Assembly (NCBI RefSeq): GCF_000027125.1 | Contig: NC_017626.1 | Direction: 5' to 3' (one strand) | DNA from: Escherichia coli 042 | GTDB taxonomy: Bacteria; Pseudomonadota; Gammaproteobacteria; Enterobacterales; Enterobacteriaceae | Length of the DNA stretch: 64,000 nt | Notes under the pieces: generated by a model | Database searches by the model: none | Seen by the model: only the letters and a program-made list of their open reading frames with translations | What the model was told of the DNA's origin: nothing | In this document: in pieces, positions 1 through 11,537 of the stretch | How positions within the stretch are numbered: position 1 is the first letter of the stretch | Layout: each line of letters starts with the position of its first letter | Position numbers and translations under genes: made by a program

Positions 1-708
1 GCGCTGCAGCAATTGCTGGTTGAGGTTGTAACTGCGCACCAACATACCGATTTCATCATCCTGATGCAGACGCGGTAATGCCAGTTGGTGACCAACAAGC
101 TCCTGGGCTGGGATGGCGTTAAGTTCGCGAGCAATATTGCGTAAAGGATGTAAAATCAGTCGATTAATACACCAGCTGATGGCGACGGTCAGGATAAGCG
201 ACAAAAGTAAGTAAATGGTCACTAACGTTGAGAGGGTGCTCATCACGAACTTATACATGCGGAAGGAATCCGCCTGTAGCACCAGATAGGCAATTGGCTG
301 CGGGTTTGCCGGACGTTCCAGCGAGTAAACGCCCAGCGAGATTTGCACCGGTAGCTCAAACAGGCGAGTAACCATTACCGGCACCGGACGCTCTGGAATA
401 AAACTTTTACGCAGTGCCTGGAACTGGTTGGGCAGCACCACATCGGCACGGCTGACCACGCCTGCCGGTTTAATGCTGGCAAGAATAGCTTCCGCTTCGG
501 GAATATCGCCTTTCAAAATAGCTGAAGATAAGGGTTCGCGGACAGAGCGAGCAATGCTTTCCAGTTGCGTAGCCGTGTTATAGCGATTCTGCTGGACCAG
601 ATGGAACAGCAAAACGGTGCAAAAAATAAAAACGAACACCAGGACAACGGCTGCCACCATTGCCATCTGCTTGATTGTTAACGAGCGACTTACGCGCAAA
701 TTGTCTCC
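1..708 (-). CDS. pdeK: c-di-GMP phosphodiesterase PdeK (YhjK), N-terminal part; gene continues beyond window start
   Basis: Hand translation of minus strand from TTG at 706-708 (GGAGA 5 nt upstream) gives [19 protein letters not shown]..., recognised as YhjK N-terminus; in-frame stop upstream at 766-768; frame stays open to position 1. Not in ORF track because it runs off the edge. Alternative ATG start at 673-675. Confidence 0.75.
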
Positions 709-780
709 CCCCGGAAATCCCAGATTGCCGCCCGAGTATACCCGATCGCAGCGGCATTAAGAGAGGCGCTATCTGAAAAC

Positions 781-3700
781 TTACCAGTCGGCGTAAGGTA
801 TCAGCGGCTGCGGCGGTAAATCCATGTCACCCTGCCATCCGGCGGCGGAATAACGTACGTAGAGCAGGAAATGGCTGGGTGCGTAATCTTTCGCCTGCTG
901 GATATCAATTGCCGTGCCGACAAACCAGTTGGAAGTAACACGTCGTTCAAGTAATGCCCGCGCCGTGTAGCCAAAGCCCTGACTGCTGCCGCCATCGTTC
1001 GATTGCCGCGCAGCTTCTTCCTGCCAGTCGGTCGGGATCAGATTCATCAGCGGATAACGCGGCATGGTTTTGGTGCGTGAATGCGACCACGAGCCAGACG
1101 CCCCCAGCTCCCACGACCAGTTTTCCGTCCGCTCCCGCCACATCACCGGTATGGCAAACGACAGGTATTCCTGCGGGCTGTAGTAACCGCCCTGACCAAG
1201 TGAGTAGCCACTCAGGTCTTTGTCGTAATGCCAGATCATGTTGTTCAGGCCGATGGTGACGCGGCGATTGTTCTGGTTAATGACCTTATAGTAATAGCCC
1301 GTCATCCAGCGCACGCGCCAGTTATCTTCGACATTTTTACCGGTTAACTGATCACCGCTAAGCGATGCCCAGACGCCGTTTGCTTCACCTTTATCGTAGC
1401 TCAGGCTTAGCCCCACGCCGTCGGCACGCACGCCGCCCCATTTTTTCCCGGTATTGCTCGGGGAGTCTTTTTGCCCGCCAAAGGCCAGCAAAGAACTGGA
1501 GATGGGCCGACGATGGGCGTTAACGGTGTAACCCAGCGGCCCGATATCATCGCTGTAACTGATGCCGCCGACCACATCCACCACATTGAAGCCCATCGGC
1601 GTAGTGCCGATATCCCAGCTCCAGACGTCATTTCGCCAGCCGACCGCCACGCTGGCACCGGAATCCGACTGGCTGCGGTTGCCGCTACAGTCTTGTAATG
1701 TACAGGTGCCCCAGTTGTCATCCCATTTGCCATCGGCATTAGTGGAAAAACTGCCGACGTTCATATTGACGAAATCACTACGAAAGAACATCCGCCCGTC
1801 AGAATACGGCGCATCCACCTGCAACATAGTGGTGTGCGCTTTCAGATCGGAGTAACCACCGGTGCCGCTCGAACCCCAGTAATCGTGCTCGAGGGTGACA
1901 TTAAGATCCTGCTGACGATAGAGGTCCGCCGCATCGCTGCGCACGCCGCGTTTCAGCCAGTCATCTTTCTCGTCATTGCGGGTCAGTCGGGTAAAGGTGT
2001 CGTTATCCTGTGGACGCATCGTGGTCACACCGGATGCAACCATGGCGTCTTTGTAGGTTTCCAGCGCCTGCGTTGGATCGCCCGCCTGCGCTTCAAACTT
2101 CGCACCGTCGCGCAGTACCATCGCGCTTTCCATCGACGGCGGCTGAGATTTTGCCTGCGGGATCAACTTATTAAACGTCTGCTGCGCCGCTGCGGTATCG
2201 CCAAGCTGCGCCTGTGCCAGCGCCACGCGCCGCTGTGTGTTCAGCGAGGCGTTATCGGTAGCGGGCAGTTTCGCCAGCTGGCTACGTGCCGCCGCTTTGT
2301 CACCGGCAGCAATATCCACTTCCGTCAGACCAAGAATGGCATCGGCGTTAGTTGGCTCCCGCGTCAGGACATTCTGATATGCAGCGCGAGCGGCGGTGTA
2401 ATCACGTCGTTGTTGCGCCCAGTCAGCCAGCGTGAGGTCTATGCGCGTGGAAGGTGGTTGCTGGCGCAGCATCGCTTCCGCTTCAGCTTCTTTGCCGCTT
2501 TCTCGCAGGCGATTAGCGGTTTCCAGTACCTGATTGCTTTGCAGTCGATTAACCAGCTCCTGAATATTGCTGCTCCACTGCGCGCGCGGCAGGCTGTTGA
2601 TATGCGCCAGCGCCGCTCTGTCCTGGTCATGACCAGAGAGATACAGCCCGTAAGCGTAAACCTGCTCCGGGTCGTTCGGCTTCTGCTGCGCCAGATTACG
2701 CATTAACGTATCGGCCTGGCTGCGTTGTCCGGCCTGCCAGAGATCCTGCGAAAGTCGGTAAGTAATCCATACGCTGCCGGGGTCCAGCGCCAGTCGTTGC
2801 CGCTGAAGTGCTGCCGCCTGCGCCCATTTGCCCTGGTTTTCCAGTGCCTCTGCCTGCTGTGCCAGACGGTCGTTTTGCAGGCTGCGTTCGATATCATCAA
2901 TGCTTCGCCGCTGACTGGCAGAGAGCGAGGCGATAAACGCTTCAGCTTTTTCTGGCGATTGCTGGCGGTATATATTCGCCAGCCCGCGCACGGCGTTAGT
3001 GTTGCCGCTGTCCATACGCAAGGTCTGCTGATAATAACGTTCGGCGGCGGGATAATCTTTTCGCGCCATCGCCACATCGCCCAGCCCCAGCACTGCATAG
3101 CTGTCGGTGTTATCGACATTACGCGCCTGCTGGAACAGGCGTTCTGCCCGGTCAGGATTATTGGCTTTCAGCGCAGCATCGCCCTGCTGGATCGCCAGCC
3201 AGTAGCGGTTTACTTTCAGGAGACTGTTCCATTTGTCGTTGTTGCTGCTGTGCGGATCCAGGGCGAGGGCTTTTTCCAGATTCGCCACCGCATTGGCGCG
3301 ATCGCCTTTCTGAGAATACGCCTGGCCCAGCGCCCCCAGAGCCTCACTGTCTTTCGGGTTCGCCCGCACTGCCTGTTGTAGTTCGGGAATGGCTTTACCC
3401 GCCATACCAGAGTCCACCGCCGCTAAACCTTGCGCACGAGCGCGGAAAGCAGGGTCGGCCAGCTGTTTTTGCTGTTCTGCCAGTTGCGATTGCGCCGCAG
3501 CTACGCTATCGCCATCACTAAAGATCGAGAGATATTTTTTCAGCGCCGACACACTGGCATCGCTGACGGGCATGTCTTTAATCTGCCCGTACCAGATTTT
3601 AGAGGCCCCTTCGCGCCCGGCGTTTGATTTCGCCATCTGTTCCAGGACGGCAAAACCTTCGTCACGGCGATCGCTACTAAACAGCAATAGCGCCAGATTG

Positions 3701-4254
3701 TTTTGTAGGCCCGTATTGCCCGGCGTATCCGCATTAATGCGTTTTAGCTGATTAATCGCTTCGCCACGGCGAGCCGGAATTTTCGCCACCGTACTCCAGT
3801 ACTCGACGGCAATGTCACCTTCCGGCGGCGCACCGTTGAACAGTTTGTTGTAACTCGCCACAGCTTCTTCTGCATGACCGGTCGTCGCCTGCAATCTTGC
3901 CTGTTGCAGTGCCTGACGACCATCCGGCGTGGAAAGCAACATTGTGGTCCGCGACGATTTATACGCATTTGAACTCGGCGCTAACTGCGACAGCCGATCG
4001 AGCTGTTTTTGCGCGCCATCAATATCGCCCTGACGTAACAGAGAACGGAAACGGGCGGCAACGACGTCCGGGTTATTCGGATCAATAAGTTCCAGACGAT
4101 ACAACGACTGTTGCACCAGGTCTTCACGATGGGTCGCTTCGCCTAACCGAACTTGCTCCAGCAACTGTTGCTGAGCGGTTGGTGCTGCCTCGACCATCGG
4201 CATGACGGCCAGACCGAGAGAAAGCGTGAATATGTTTAGTGTGAATTTGCGCAT
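781..4254 (-). CDS. bcsC: cellulose synthase operon protein C (TPR repeats + outer-membrane beta-barrel), 1157 aa
   Basis: ORF track 781..4254; length and sequence (signal peptide, TPR-rich region, C-terminal barrel) match BcsC. Confidence 0.95.
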   Translation of the reverse strand: MRKFTLNIFTLSLGLAVMPMVEAAPTAQQQLLEQVRLGEATHREDLVQQSLYRLELIDPNNPDVVAARFRSLLRQGDIDGAQKQLDRLSQLAPSSNAYKSSRTTMLLSTPDGRQALQQARLQATTGHAEEAVASYNKLFNGAPPEGDIAVEYWSTVAKIPARRGEAINQLKRINADTPGNTGLQNNLALLLFSSDRRDEGFAVLEQMAKSNAGREGASKIWYGQIKDMPVSDASVSALKKYLSIFSDGDSVAAAQSQLAEQQKQLADPAFRARAQGLAAVDSGMAGKAIPELQQAVRANPKDSEALGALGQAYSQKGDRANAVANLEKALALDPHSSNNDKWNSLLKVNRYWLAIQQGDAALKANNPDRAERLFQQARNVDNTDSYAVLGLGDVAMARKDYPAAERYYQQTLRMDSGNTNAVRGLANIYRQQSPEKAEAFIASLSASQRRSIDDIERSLQNDRLAQQAEALENQGKWAQAAALQRQRLALDPGSVWITYRLSQDLWQAGQRSQADTLMRNLAQQKPNDPEQVYAYGLYLSGHDQDRAALAHINSLPRAQWSSNIQELVNRLQSNQVLETANRLRESGKEAEAEAMLRQQPPSTRIDLTLADWAQQRRDYTAARAAYQNVLTREPTNADAILGLTEVDIAAGDKAAARSQLAKLPATDNASLNTQRRVALAQAQLGDTAAAQQTFNKLIPQAKSQPPSMESAMVLRDGAKFEAQAGDPTQALETYKDAMVASGVTTMRPQDNDTFTRLTRNDEKDDWLKRGVRSDAADLYRQQDLNVTLEHDYWGSSGTGGYSDLKAHTTMLQVDAPYSDGRMFFRSDFVNMNVGSFSTNADGKWDDNWGTCTLQDCSGNRSQSDSGASVAVGWRNDVWSWDIGTTPMGFNVVDVVGGISYSDDIGPLGYTVNAHRRPISSSLLAFGGQKDSPSNTGKKWGGVRADGVGLSLSYDKGEANGVWASLSGDQLTGKNVEDNWRVRWMTGYYYKVINQNNRRVTIGLNNMIWHYDKDLSGYSLGQGGYYSPQEYLSFAIPVMWRERTENWSWELGASGSWSHSRTKTMPRYPLMNLIPTDWQEEAARQSNDGGSSQGFGYTARALLERRVTSNWFVGTAIDIQQAKDYAPSHFLLYVRYSAAGWQGDMDLPPQPLIPYADW

Positions 4255-5342
4255 TCCTGGCCCCAGTCAGGTAATAACTCACCTTTTGTCGAGAAGCGGA
4301 AACGGTGTTGATCCCAGCCTTGTCCAAACAGGGTCAGCACATAGTTGTAATAGGCATCGCTGCCGGGAAAGTTATCGGCCACGCGCTGGCGCTGAACGGC
4401 CTGCGCATCGCGGTTTTGTAAAAAGGGCAGCATGGCGGCAGAAAAACCGACCGGTCCTTTACCCTGCGCTTTCCCCGTAGCCACATCCACTTTTTCTGGC
4501 GGATAGCCGTTTTTCTCGGTGAATGTCGCCATCGGTTTAAACCGGTTGAGCATCCGCGCTTTTTGCGGATCGCTGTCAGGCATCATGCCTACCCACATGT
4601 AAACGCGGATCGCGTCGTAGCTGCTGATCAATGTTTTTTCGGCTTTTAGCTGCCAGCCTTTGTCTTTCTCATAGCGCACCCAGTCTGGCGAAAAGCCTTT
4701 CGGGGCGGTTTCCAGCAATAAACGTTGATTGGTTTCGCGCAGCGTAGTCCACGGCGCGCCAAAGCGGGTGAAATACTGCGCCAGCGTCGGCGGCAGGTAG
4801 CTGGGGTTAAAACGCCAGCTGTTATCCTCAGCAAAACCCACTTTGCCCGGTAACAACATGGAACCCAGCCCAGGCACCGTCACCACTTCCTCCCGCGCGA
4901 TACGTTTTAACAACGCGCTGCCGATGTCGGTATAACGCTGCTCTTTCCACAAACGCCCCGCCTCCAGCAACGACCAGGCCATCCAGACATCACCATCGGA
5001 GGCCGAATTGCTGTCCAGCACTTCCCACTTACTGTTCTCTTTCTTGCCCCACAGCCAGGCAGGCAAACGTTCTTTTAAAGAACCCTGAGCGAGATTGTTC
5101 TGCGTCCAGTCGAGAATATTATCGAAAGCTGCACGGTCGTTAGCCGCCAGGGCAAAGAACATGCCGTAACTTTGCCCTTCGGAGGTGGTGATTTTGCGCG
5201 CGTCGCTGGGGTCGATGACGCGCCCTTCCTGACTGATGTAATCCTTTTTAAACTGCTCCCAGGCAGGCCAGGTACAGGCTGCCTGAACACTAAAGGCAGC
5301 CAGCAGCAGCATCGTCACGAGTCCACTACGCAACACATTCAT
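4236..5342 (-). CDS. bcsZ: endoglucanase BcsZ (GH8 cellulase), 368 aa
   Basis: ORF track 4236..5348; start placed at ATG 5340-5342 giving MNVLRSG... (track ORF begins 2 codons earlier at a TTG); 19-bp overlap with bcsC start. Confidence 0.9.
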   Translation of the reverse strand: MNVLRSGLVTMLLLAAFSVQAACTWPAWEQFKKDYISQEGRVIDPSDARKITTSEGQSYGMFFALAANDRAAFDNILDWTQNNLAQGSLKERLPAWLWGKKENSKWEVLDSNSASDGDVWMAWSLLEAGRLWKEQRYTDIGSALLKRIAREEVVTVPGLGSMLLPGKVGFAEDNSWRFNPSYLPPTLAQYFTRFGAPWTTLRETNQRLLLETAPKGFSPDWVRYEKDKGWQLKAEKTLISSYDAIRVYMWVGMMPDSDPQKARMLNRFKPMATFTEKNGYPPEKVDVATGKAQGKGPVGFSAAMLPFLQNRDAQAVQRQRVADNFPGSDAYYNYVLTLFGQGWDQHRFRFSTKGELLPDWGQECANSH

Positions 5343-5348
5343 CTTCAA

Positions 5349-7688
5349 TTACTCGTTATCCGGGTTAAGACGACGACGGCTGATAATACGCAGCAGACGC
5401 CACAGTACCCATGCCAGCAGCACGACGCTGATTGCCGCCAGCACCGCCAGCAGAATCGGATGGTTTGCCAGCGCATACCATAAGCGTTCGAACCACGGCA
5501 GATGGCCAACGTAATAGACGTCGCCAACGCGTAGGCTATTGATACCGGACTCGCGGATCACCGCGACCGAACCGAACATGGTGGCGCGTTTGCCGCTATC
5601 GTTCACCGCATCGTTAAGCATTTCATAACCGCGTGGGCTATCTGCCAGCAGCGCAATCACGCTGCGCTGGTCGTTATACGGCGACTGGAAGCCAATCACC
5701 GCCGCCATCGCACCGGAAGAGGTCAGCGTTGACTGGGTTTCTGCCGCGCGATCGCTCTCGTCCGGAACAATGCCGGGGAACGGGGTCTGGCGCATCGGCG
5801 TTTTCACCCAGCTTTCGGTCGCCTGCACCAACAGGTCGATCTGCTTGTCGTCTTTCAGTTTGTCCGGGATACCACCGATGATCATGATGTCGGCATCTTT
5901 GCCCTGAATGGTGCTGCCATCATCGGTCACCGTCAGATTAATCGCCGGGAAGCCCGTCTGTGCGCCGATAAAACCAACAGTATTCAGCAAGGTTTCCATC
6001 TGTGCTTCGTTAGGCGTTTTCGGCATCACGGTGATGGTTTGCGACAGATCCGCCATCCGGCTGAACGGGAAGCCCGCGTTAGCAAAGGCGCGTAGATCCG
6101 GCATCGGGATGAAGTGGTAATACTTCGAGAAGTCGATGGTGGAGTCGTCACCAATCACCACATGATTCTGCACCGGCTGGAAGGTAATACAGTTATCCAC
6201 CGAACCGCCAGGCATCGGGTTCATATACTCAAAGTCAAAGCGCAGCTGGTTGGTCGCGCCCAGTTTCAGCGCCGGAATAGAGACATCCGTTTTGCCATCC
6301 AGCAAACCTTGTAATACCGGAATCCGCAGCAGCAGGCGGTTCGCCTCCTGTTTGCTGCTCAGATTGAATGATTGCAGGAACTGGTTATTCAGGCTGATAT
6401 CCATCCGCGAACTGTCTTTCACCGGCGGCATGGTGTAGCGATAGTTGATATCCATATCAATGCCGGTACTACGCATCAAGTAGAGATCTGGCGGCAGGTT
6501 TAGCGAAACATTAATCGCTGCTGGCTCAAGACCGCTGGATTGCAACTGTTCTTCATAGGTTTTCAGTTCACCAAAGGTGACCGGACGATCGGTACGCACC
6601 CAGTTCGGCGCATCGTACGGCTTACGCGGTAGCAGCGGTTTCACTTCATTCACTACCACGCTTTCACCACGGAACAGAATGTTACCCTGAGCGATACCTT
6701 TCGCTGCCTGCAACAGGTCTTTGTCGTCACGACCAAACACCACCAGCAGTTTGACGTAAGGATTCTGCGGATGGTTGATCATCTCAATCACCGGGGCTTT
6801 TACCGCCGGATGATCGCGCAGGAAGTCCGGCCGTTTGTCGTTGGTTGCAAAGACAATGGCATTGCGATCCGGCAGTTGGTTATAGAGCACCGGGAAGTTC
6901 TGCCCACGCCAGCCAGAACGCGAACCAAACCACGAGGCAACAATGGCAGATGCTTGTTGCAGCCCAACATCCGGCGCACCCGCAAAGACCATCGGCAAGG
7001 TGTTAGTACGGTTATCACGCGGGTCAAAGAATGGTACCGGGAAGTGTGACAGGTCATTCTTCACATTCAGGGTCTGATAGGTCAAATCCAGTCCACTGCT
7101 CCGCCCAACATCCAGCCAAAGCGTGGTGCTGGCCGGGTTTTCGCACACGTCCTGATAATGGCCGACAAACTCCAGCCGCACACGGTTGAAATCAGTAATA
7201 AACAGCGGGTTAATGGGCATTTGTGCCAGCGTTTTTTTACCCAACTGTTCTTTGGTCACTGGCAGCACGCCCATCAGTTCATCATTGAGATAAACCTTTA
7301 ACTGCGACTGGACAGGCAGTAACGATGGCGATGGCGTGTATTCGAGATTGAGCATCGCCTTCGTCACCACTTCATCGCTGCGCATACCAAACTCAATGCT
7401 GCCGTTCGGGTTAATGCCACGTAGCACCATGCTGCCCGGCGGCGGCGCAATTTGCGCAAAGGTCAGCTTCACATCACGCGAAGGACCGTTCTGCGCCACG
7501 ACTGGCGCATCAGCGCCCTGCACGCCTGGCATCACTTGTCCCACCTGCGGATTTTGTTCCGTCTGGGCGGCTACAGCTGGCTCAGCATTGATCAGTGGTT
7601 GCGTTGCTGGCGTCGCCTGCGTCATGAAAGAGGGGAACGCACTCATCCCCATAGCCACTGCACAAATCCAGAATAGTTTTCTTTTCAT
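5349..7688 (-). CDS. bcsB: cellulose synthase regulatory/periplasmic subunit BcsB, 779 aa
   Basis: ORF track 5349..7775; start placed at ATG 7686-7688 (MKRKLFWICAVAMG..., signal peptide) rather than the upstream in-frame extension. Confidence 0.9.
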   Translation of the reverse strand: MKRKLFWICAVAMGMSAFPSFMTQATPATQPLINAEPAVAAQTEQNPQVGQVMPGVQGADAPVVAQNGPSRDVKLTFAQIAPPPGSMVLRGINPNGSIEFGMRSDEVVTKAMLNLEYTPSPSLLPVQSQLKVYLNDELMGVLPVTKEQLGKKTLAQMPINPLFITDFNRVRLEFVGHYQDVCENPASTTLWLDVGRSSGLDLTYQTLNVKNDLSHFPVPFFDPRDNRTNTLPMVFAGAPDVGLQQASAIVASWFGSRSGWRGQNFPVLYNQLPDRNAIVFATNDKRPDFLRDHPAVKAPVIEMINHPQNPYVKLLVVFGRDDKDLLQAAKGIAQGNILFRGESVVVNEVKPLLPRKPYDAPNWVRTDRPVTFGELKTYEEQLQSSGLEPAAINVSLNLPPDLYLMRSTGIDMDINYRYTMPPVKDSSRMDISLNNQFLQSFNLSSKQEANRLLLRIPVLQGLLDGKTDVSIPALKLGATNQLRFDFEYMNPMPGGSVDNCITFQPVQNHVVIGDDSTIDFSKYYHFIPMPDLRAFANAGFPFSRMADLSQTITVMPKTPNEAQMETLLNTVGFIGAQTGFPAINLTVTDDGSTIQGKDADIMIIGGIPDKLKDDKQIDLLVQATESWVKTPMRQTPFPGIVPDESDRAAETQSTLTSSGAMAAVIGFQSPYNDQRSVIALLADSPRGYEMLNDAVNDSGKRATMFGSVAVIRESGINSLRVGDVYYVGHLPWFERLWYALANHPILLAVLAAISVVLLAWVLWRLLRIISRRRLNPDNE

Positions 7689-7698
7689 CGCGTTATCA

Positions 7699-10317
7699 TC
7701 ATTGTTGAGCCAAAGCCTGATCCGATGGTTGTGCCGTTTCGCTCCGCTCCGGGCGGCGCGGAATAAACGATACAACCCAGGAAACCAGAGAAGTCAGCAC
7801 ACGGAATATGCCCTTCACCGAAGAAGGCGCAAACTCCGCCAGATGGCGGTAGCCACGGAAGCCGAGCTTCAGAATATCCAGCAGACTTTCCAGCGGCTTA
7901 TCTTCCGGGTAGCTGTCCTGCCAGAGCGCCCATGTATCCGCACGGGCAAACGTACACTGCACAAAATCGATATGTTGCTGGGTGGTGAGCGGCATTAATT
8001 TCAGCCCAACTTCATTACCCATCACGCGCGCCACCTGGGTGGGGAAGACGTATTCCTGCTGACCGCGTTTAAGCAACAGATTCACTTTCTGCCCTTCCAG
8101 AATCTGCGCCTGACCGTTGATCTTGATCCCCAAACCACCGTCGGAGAAATCCTGAACGGTACACGAGAAGAGGTGACCATCTTCGCGGGCAATTGCCGCG
8201 GGCATCGTCATCTCCACGCGGTGCGATCGGCGTACCTGTTTGCTTTCTACCGATACCGCAACTGCGCCGCCAAGAACAATCAGGTTGTAGAATACCCACA
8301 CCATACTGACGACCACGGTGAGCATCTCGGTTGGCGGGCCATAGAAGTAGCGCCAGATGCCTACCGCAACGCCCACCAGGTTGAGCAGAACAAGGAAGAT
8401 GTAGGGCCGCGAGATCACCCAGTCGACGTACTCTTCTTCCACCAGTCCACCTTTGGCGGTAACGTTAAATTTGCCTTTGTGCGGGTTAATCAGCGCCACC
8501 AGCGTCGGTGGTGCGATATACCACGCCAGCACCGTTTCGTAGATTTCACTCCAGAAAGAGTGGCGATATTTGCCCTGGATCTTCGAGTTGGTCAGGCTGG
8601 CATGAATCATATGCGGCAGCACGAACAGGGCGATCATCAACGCTGGCGCATAGATGATGTAGGCATGAAGCAGTAGGAACGCCAGCGGCGCAGTCAGGAA
8701 GATCAGCCGTGGAATGCCCGACAAGAAGTGGAACATGGCGTTGACGTAACATAGCCGCTGAGCAAACTTCAGCCCTTTACCGGTGAGCGGGTTATCGAGA
8801 CGGAAGATTTGCACCATCCCGCGCGCCCAGCGAATACGCTGACCGATATGCGCCGACAGACTTTCGGTCGCCAGCCCCGCCGCCTGCGGAATACGCATAT
8901 ACGCGGAGGTATAGCCACGACGGTGCAAACGCAGAGAAGTATGCGCATCTTCAGTCACGGTTTCGACAGCAATGCCGCCAATTTCATCCAGCGGCTTACG
9001 GCGAATCACCGCACAGGAACCGCAGAAGAAAGTGGCGTCCCACATATCGTTGCCATCCTGCACCAGACCATAGAACAGCGTGCCTTCGTTCGGTGTTTTA
9101 CGGAAACGTCCCAGGTTGCGTTCAAACGGGTCCGGTGAGAAGAAGTGGTGCGGCGTCTGCATCATCGCCAGTTGTTTTTCTTTCAGGAACCAGCCCATGG
9201 TCATTTGCAGGAACGATCGCGTTGGTACGTGGTCGCAGTCGAAAATCGACACGAACTCGCCTTTGGCATATTTCAGCGCATTGTTGATGTTGCCCGCTTT
9301 CGCATGTTCATGAGTGGTACGGGCGATATATTTCACCCCCACGTTTTGCGCAAACTGGCGAAACTCTTCCCTGCCGCCGTCATCAAGGATCCAGATGTTC
9401 AGCTTGTCTTTCGGCCAGTCGATACCCAGCGAGGCGTAAATGGTATTTTTCACCACGTTGAGATCTTCGTTGTAAGTCGGGACAAAGATATCCACCGACG
9501 GCCACAACGACATATCTTTCGGCAATGGCACCGGCTGACGATTCAGCGGCCATACTACCTGGAAGTAGCCGAGCACCAGCACAATCCACGCGTACGTTTC
9601 GGCGAACAGCAGAATAAGCCCGCACACCAGGCTGACCGGATCGTCCCAGTTCAGCGTAGAGGTGTAGCGCCACCAGATATAACGGCAAGAAACGGTCAGC
9701 GACAGCACAATCAACATTAGCGCCGAGAAGCGCCCCGGCATCCGCCGTACGATCAGCGCTACCCCCCACAGCAGCATCAGGAAGATAAACTGCGCCAGCG
9801 GGTTAAACGGCTGAGTAACGCAGATTAACGCCAGAATCAGCGAGAAGGTGACGATGATACCGAGGATCAACCGCCGCGCCCCGGCACTCAAATGGCCGAG
9901 CTCTTTTTTCTCATCAAGATGCTGTGTTTTATGGCTAACGCGCTCAGGCAGCTCGTTCATCCATTGATGGTAACGTCCACGAATATTTTGCAGACCTGAA
10001 AATGCCCGCCTGCGCGGTTTCGGCGTTTCTTTGCGCGATGCACCGATCAGTAACCAGCATGTTTGAATGAGATAACGGACCGGATCCAGCGGACGCGGAC
10101 GCGAGGCGTTGATATGCGGATACAGGTTTTTATGTTCTGCGCGAATACGCTGCCAGCGCGGGTGCTCCAGCGGAATAAAAATCCAGGCCAGGATCAACCA
10201 AAAACAGCCGAGCGTCGCGCTGAAAGCCGACGCGCCATGACGACGATAATCGCGATAACGCCCGATAAGCCGCGCGTTGACCGGCGGGATAAGCAACCAC
10301 CGGGTCAGGATACTCAT
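7699..10317 (-). CDS. bcsA: cellulose synthase catalytic subunit BcsA (GT2 + PilZ), 872 aa
   Basis: ORF track 7699..10317; 872 aa membrane glycosyltransferase with C-terminal PilZ-type region. Confidence 0.95.
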   Translation of the reverse strand: MSILTRWLLIPPVNARLIGRYRDYRRHGASAFSATLGCFWLILAWIFIPLEHPRWQRIRAEHKNLYPHINASRPRPLDPVRYLIQTCWLLIGASRKETPKPRRRAFSGLQNIRGRYHQWMNELPERVSHKTQHLDEKKELGHLSAGARRLILGIIVTFSLILALICVTQPFNPLAQFIFLMLLWGVALIVRRMPGRFSALMLIVLSLTVSCRYIWWRYTSTLNWDDPVSLVCGLILLFAETYAWIVLVLGYFQVVWPLNRQPVPLPKDMSLWPSVDIFVPTYNEDLNVVKNTIYASLGIDWPKDKLNIWILDDGGREEFRQFAQNVGVKYIARTTHEHAKAGNINNALKYAKGEFVSIFDCDHVPTRSFLQMTMGWFLKEKQLAMMQTPHHFFSPDPFERNLGRFRKTPNEGTLFYGLVQDGNDMWDATFFCGSCAVIRRKPLDEIGGIAVETVTEDAHTSLRLHRRGYTSAYMRIPQAAGLATESLSAHIGQRIRWARGMVQIFRLDNPLTGKGLKFAQRLCYVNAMFHFLSGIPRLIFLTAPLAFLLLHAYIIYAPALMIALFVLPHMIHASLTNSKIQGKYRHSFWSEIYETVLAWYIAPPTLVALINPHKGKFNVTAKGGLVEEEYVDWVISRPYIFLVLLNLVGVAVGIWRYFYGPPTEMLTVVVSMVWVFYNLIVLGGAVAVSVESKQVRRSHRVEMTMPAAIAREDGHLFSCTVQDFSDGGLGIKINGQAQILEGQKVNLLLKRGQQEYVFPTQVARVMGNEVGLKLMPLTTQQHIDFVQCTFARADTWALWQDSYPEDKPLESLLDILKLGFRGYRHLAEFAPSSVKGIFRVLTSLVSWVVSFIPRRPERSETAQPSDQALAQQ

Positions 10318-11066
10318 GATTTACTCCCGACTGGCGTTTTCAGCCCGGAATAGTTCAACAGGCACCAGTTAGCCAGCGTCAGTATCTCTTCAGCGGCCAG
10401 CGCATCACTGCGATATTCACCGACTGGTTGCTTAGCCGCCAGGCATTCAGCCATCGCTTCATCACGATGAATGAGCATTGGCAGTAATCGGCGCTGGCTT
10501 TGCAACCAAAGCTGGTAAATATCGTCCTGAACTTGACTGCCGATACGGAAGTCATTAATCAAAATATGCGCGCCATCCGGCAGCGCCTGCTGATGCAGCC
10601 GGATATGGCAGTTGGCATCCACATTGACGATTGCCAGCGAGTGATCGCACAAACTCAGCAGCTGGTGGGTTATCTGCGAGGAATCACGCGGTAAGTCGAT
10701 TAAAATCCACTGGTAACGCCCGCTGGCTTTTAGTTGCTGTAAGCCGGAGCAAATATCGCTCAGCCGGGTTTGCCAGTGCTGTGGATTTTCTTGTTCTTCA
10801 ATGGATAACTGACCAAAAGGCAGCAAATCGAGCTGCGAGGTATAGCGCAACCCGGCGTCACGCCAGTCCTGGTCATCCAGCATAGCTCTGGCCCAGCCCT
10901 GACGGTGGGTAAAATCAACGTTAAATGACAGGCGCAACAAGTTGTCCGGGCAGGCATCGACCACCAGGACATTTTCTCCCAACATTTGTAATGACCAGGC
11001 TAATGCGGCGGTGATGGTTGTTGTCCCCACGCCTCCCCGCACCCCCTGCAATCCCAGTACGGCCAT
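10314..11066 (-). CDS. bcsQ: BcsQ (YhjQ), ParA/MinD-family ATPase of the cellulose secretion system, 250 aa, intact reading frame
   Basis: ORF track 10314..11066; translation MAVLGLQGVRGGVGTTTIT...; codon 6 is TTG (Leu) by hand translation, so the ORF is uninterrupted; ATGA overlap with bcsA start. Confidence 0.9.
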   Translation of the reverse strand: MAVLGLQGVRGGVGTTTITAALAWSLQMLGENVLVVDACPDNLLRLSFNVDFTHRQGWARAMLDDQDWRDAGLRYTSQLDLLPFGQLSIEEQENPQHWQTRLSDICSGLQQLKASGRYQWILIDLPRDSSQITHQLLSLCDHSLAIVNVDANCHIRLHQQALPDGAHILINDFRIGSQVQDDIYQLWLQSQRRLLPMLIHRDEAMAECLAAKQPVGEYRSDALAAEEILTLANWCLLNYSGLKTPVGSKS

Positions 11067-11077
11067 TCACCAATCCC

Positions 11078-11266
11078 CTACTTTTGTTGCGCAAACTCTG
11101 CCAGCAACGGCCAGCGTTTTAATGCCGCGGCCAACTGTTCGCGTTGGGAAATATCGGCATAATCAATATCAGGCAGTGAAAATGCCTGCTTTAACGCCAA
11201 AATATCATTCTGGAAGATATAGCCTATCGCGGGATCAGGCAGAGTATCTGGTTCATTGTTATTCAT
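11078..11266 (-). CDS. bcsR: BcsR (YhjR), small cellulose-biosynthesis protein, 62 aa
   Basis: ORF track 11078..11308; start placed at ATG 11264-11266 giving MNNNEPDTLPDPAIGYIF... Confidence 0.8.
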   Translation of the reverse strand: MNNNEPDTLPDPAIGYIFQNDILALKQAFSLPDIDYADISQREQLAAALKRWPLLAEFAQQK

Positions 11267-11537
11267 TTGCTTGATCCCTATGAAATAACCGTACCGTTCA
11301 TGAGACAATTCTAACCGTGAGCATTTCGCCGGTTTATTGTTTACGGCGAGACGGGAATTTGCTCACTTTTTGACTTTCCGTTACGCAACAAAAAAAGTTA
11401 AAAACGAAAAGACTAAAATCACACGTCTTGTGACCTGCTAAATTGATTCACATGCTAAATCTGATAAGTTTTAATTTCAATGGTAGGTTTATTTCTTAGC
11501 TTTCGCTAGTAAACTGATAATCAGACAAAATGATGAC

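Noticed and set aside
1834-2706. 290-aa plus-strand ORF inside bcsC
   Set aside because: Antisense shadow ORF within a long GC-rich gene, with arginine/leucine-rich low-complexity translation and no start context.
7336-9720. Several 160-220-aa plus-strand ORFs opposite bcsB and bcsA
   Set aside because: Antisense shadow ORFs with low-complexity composition.
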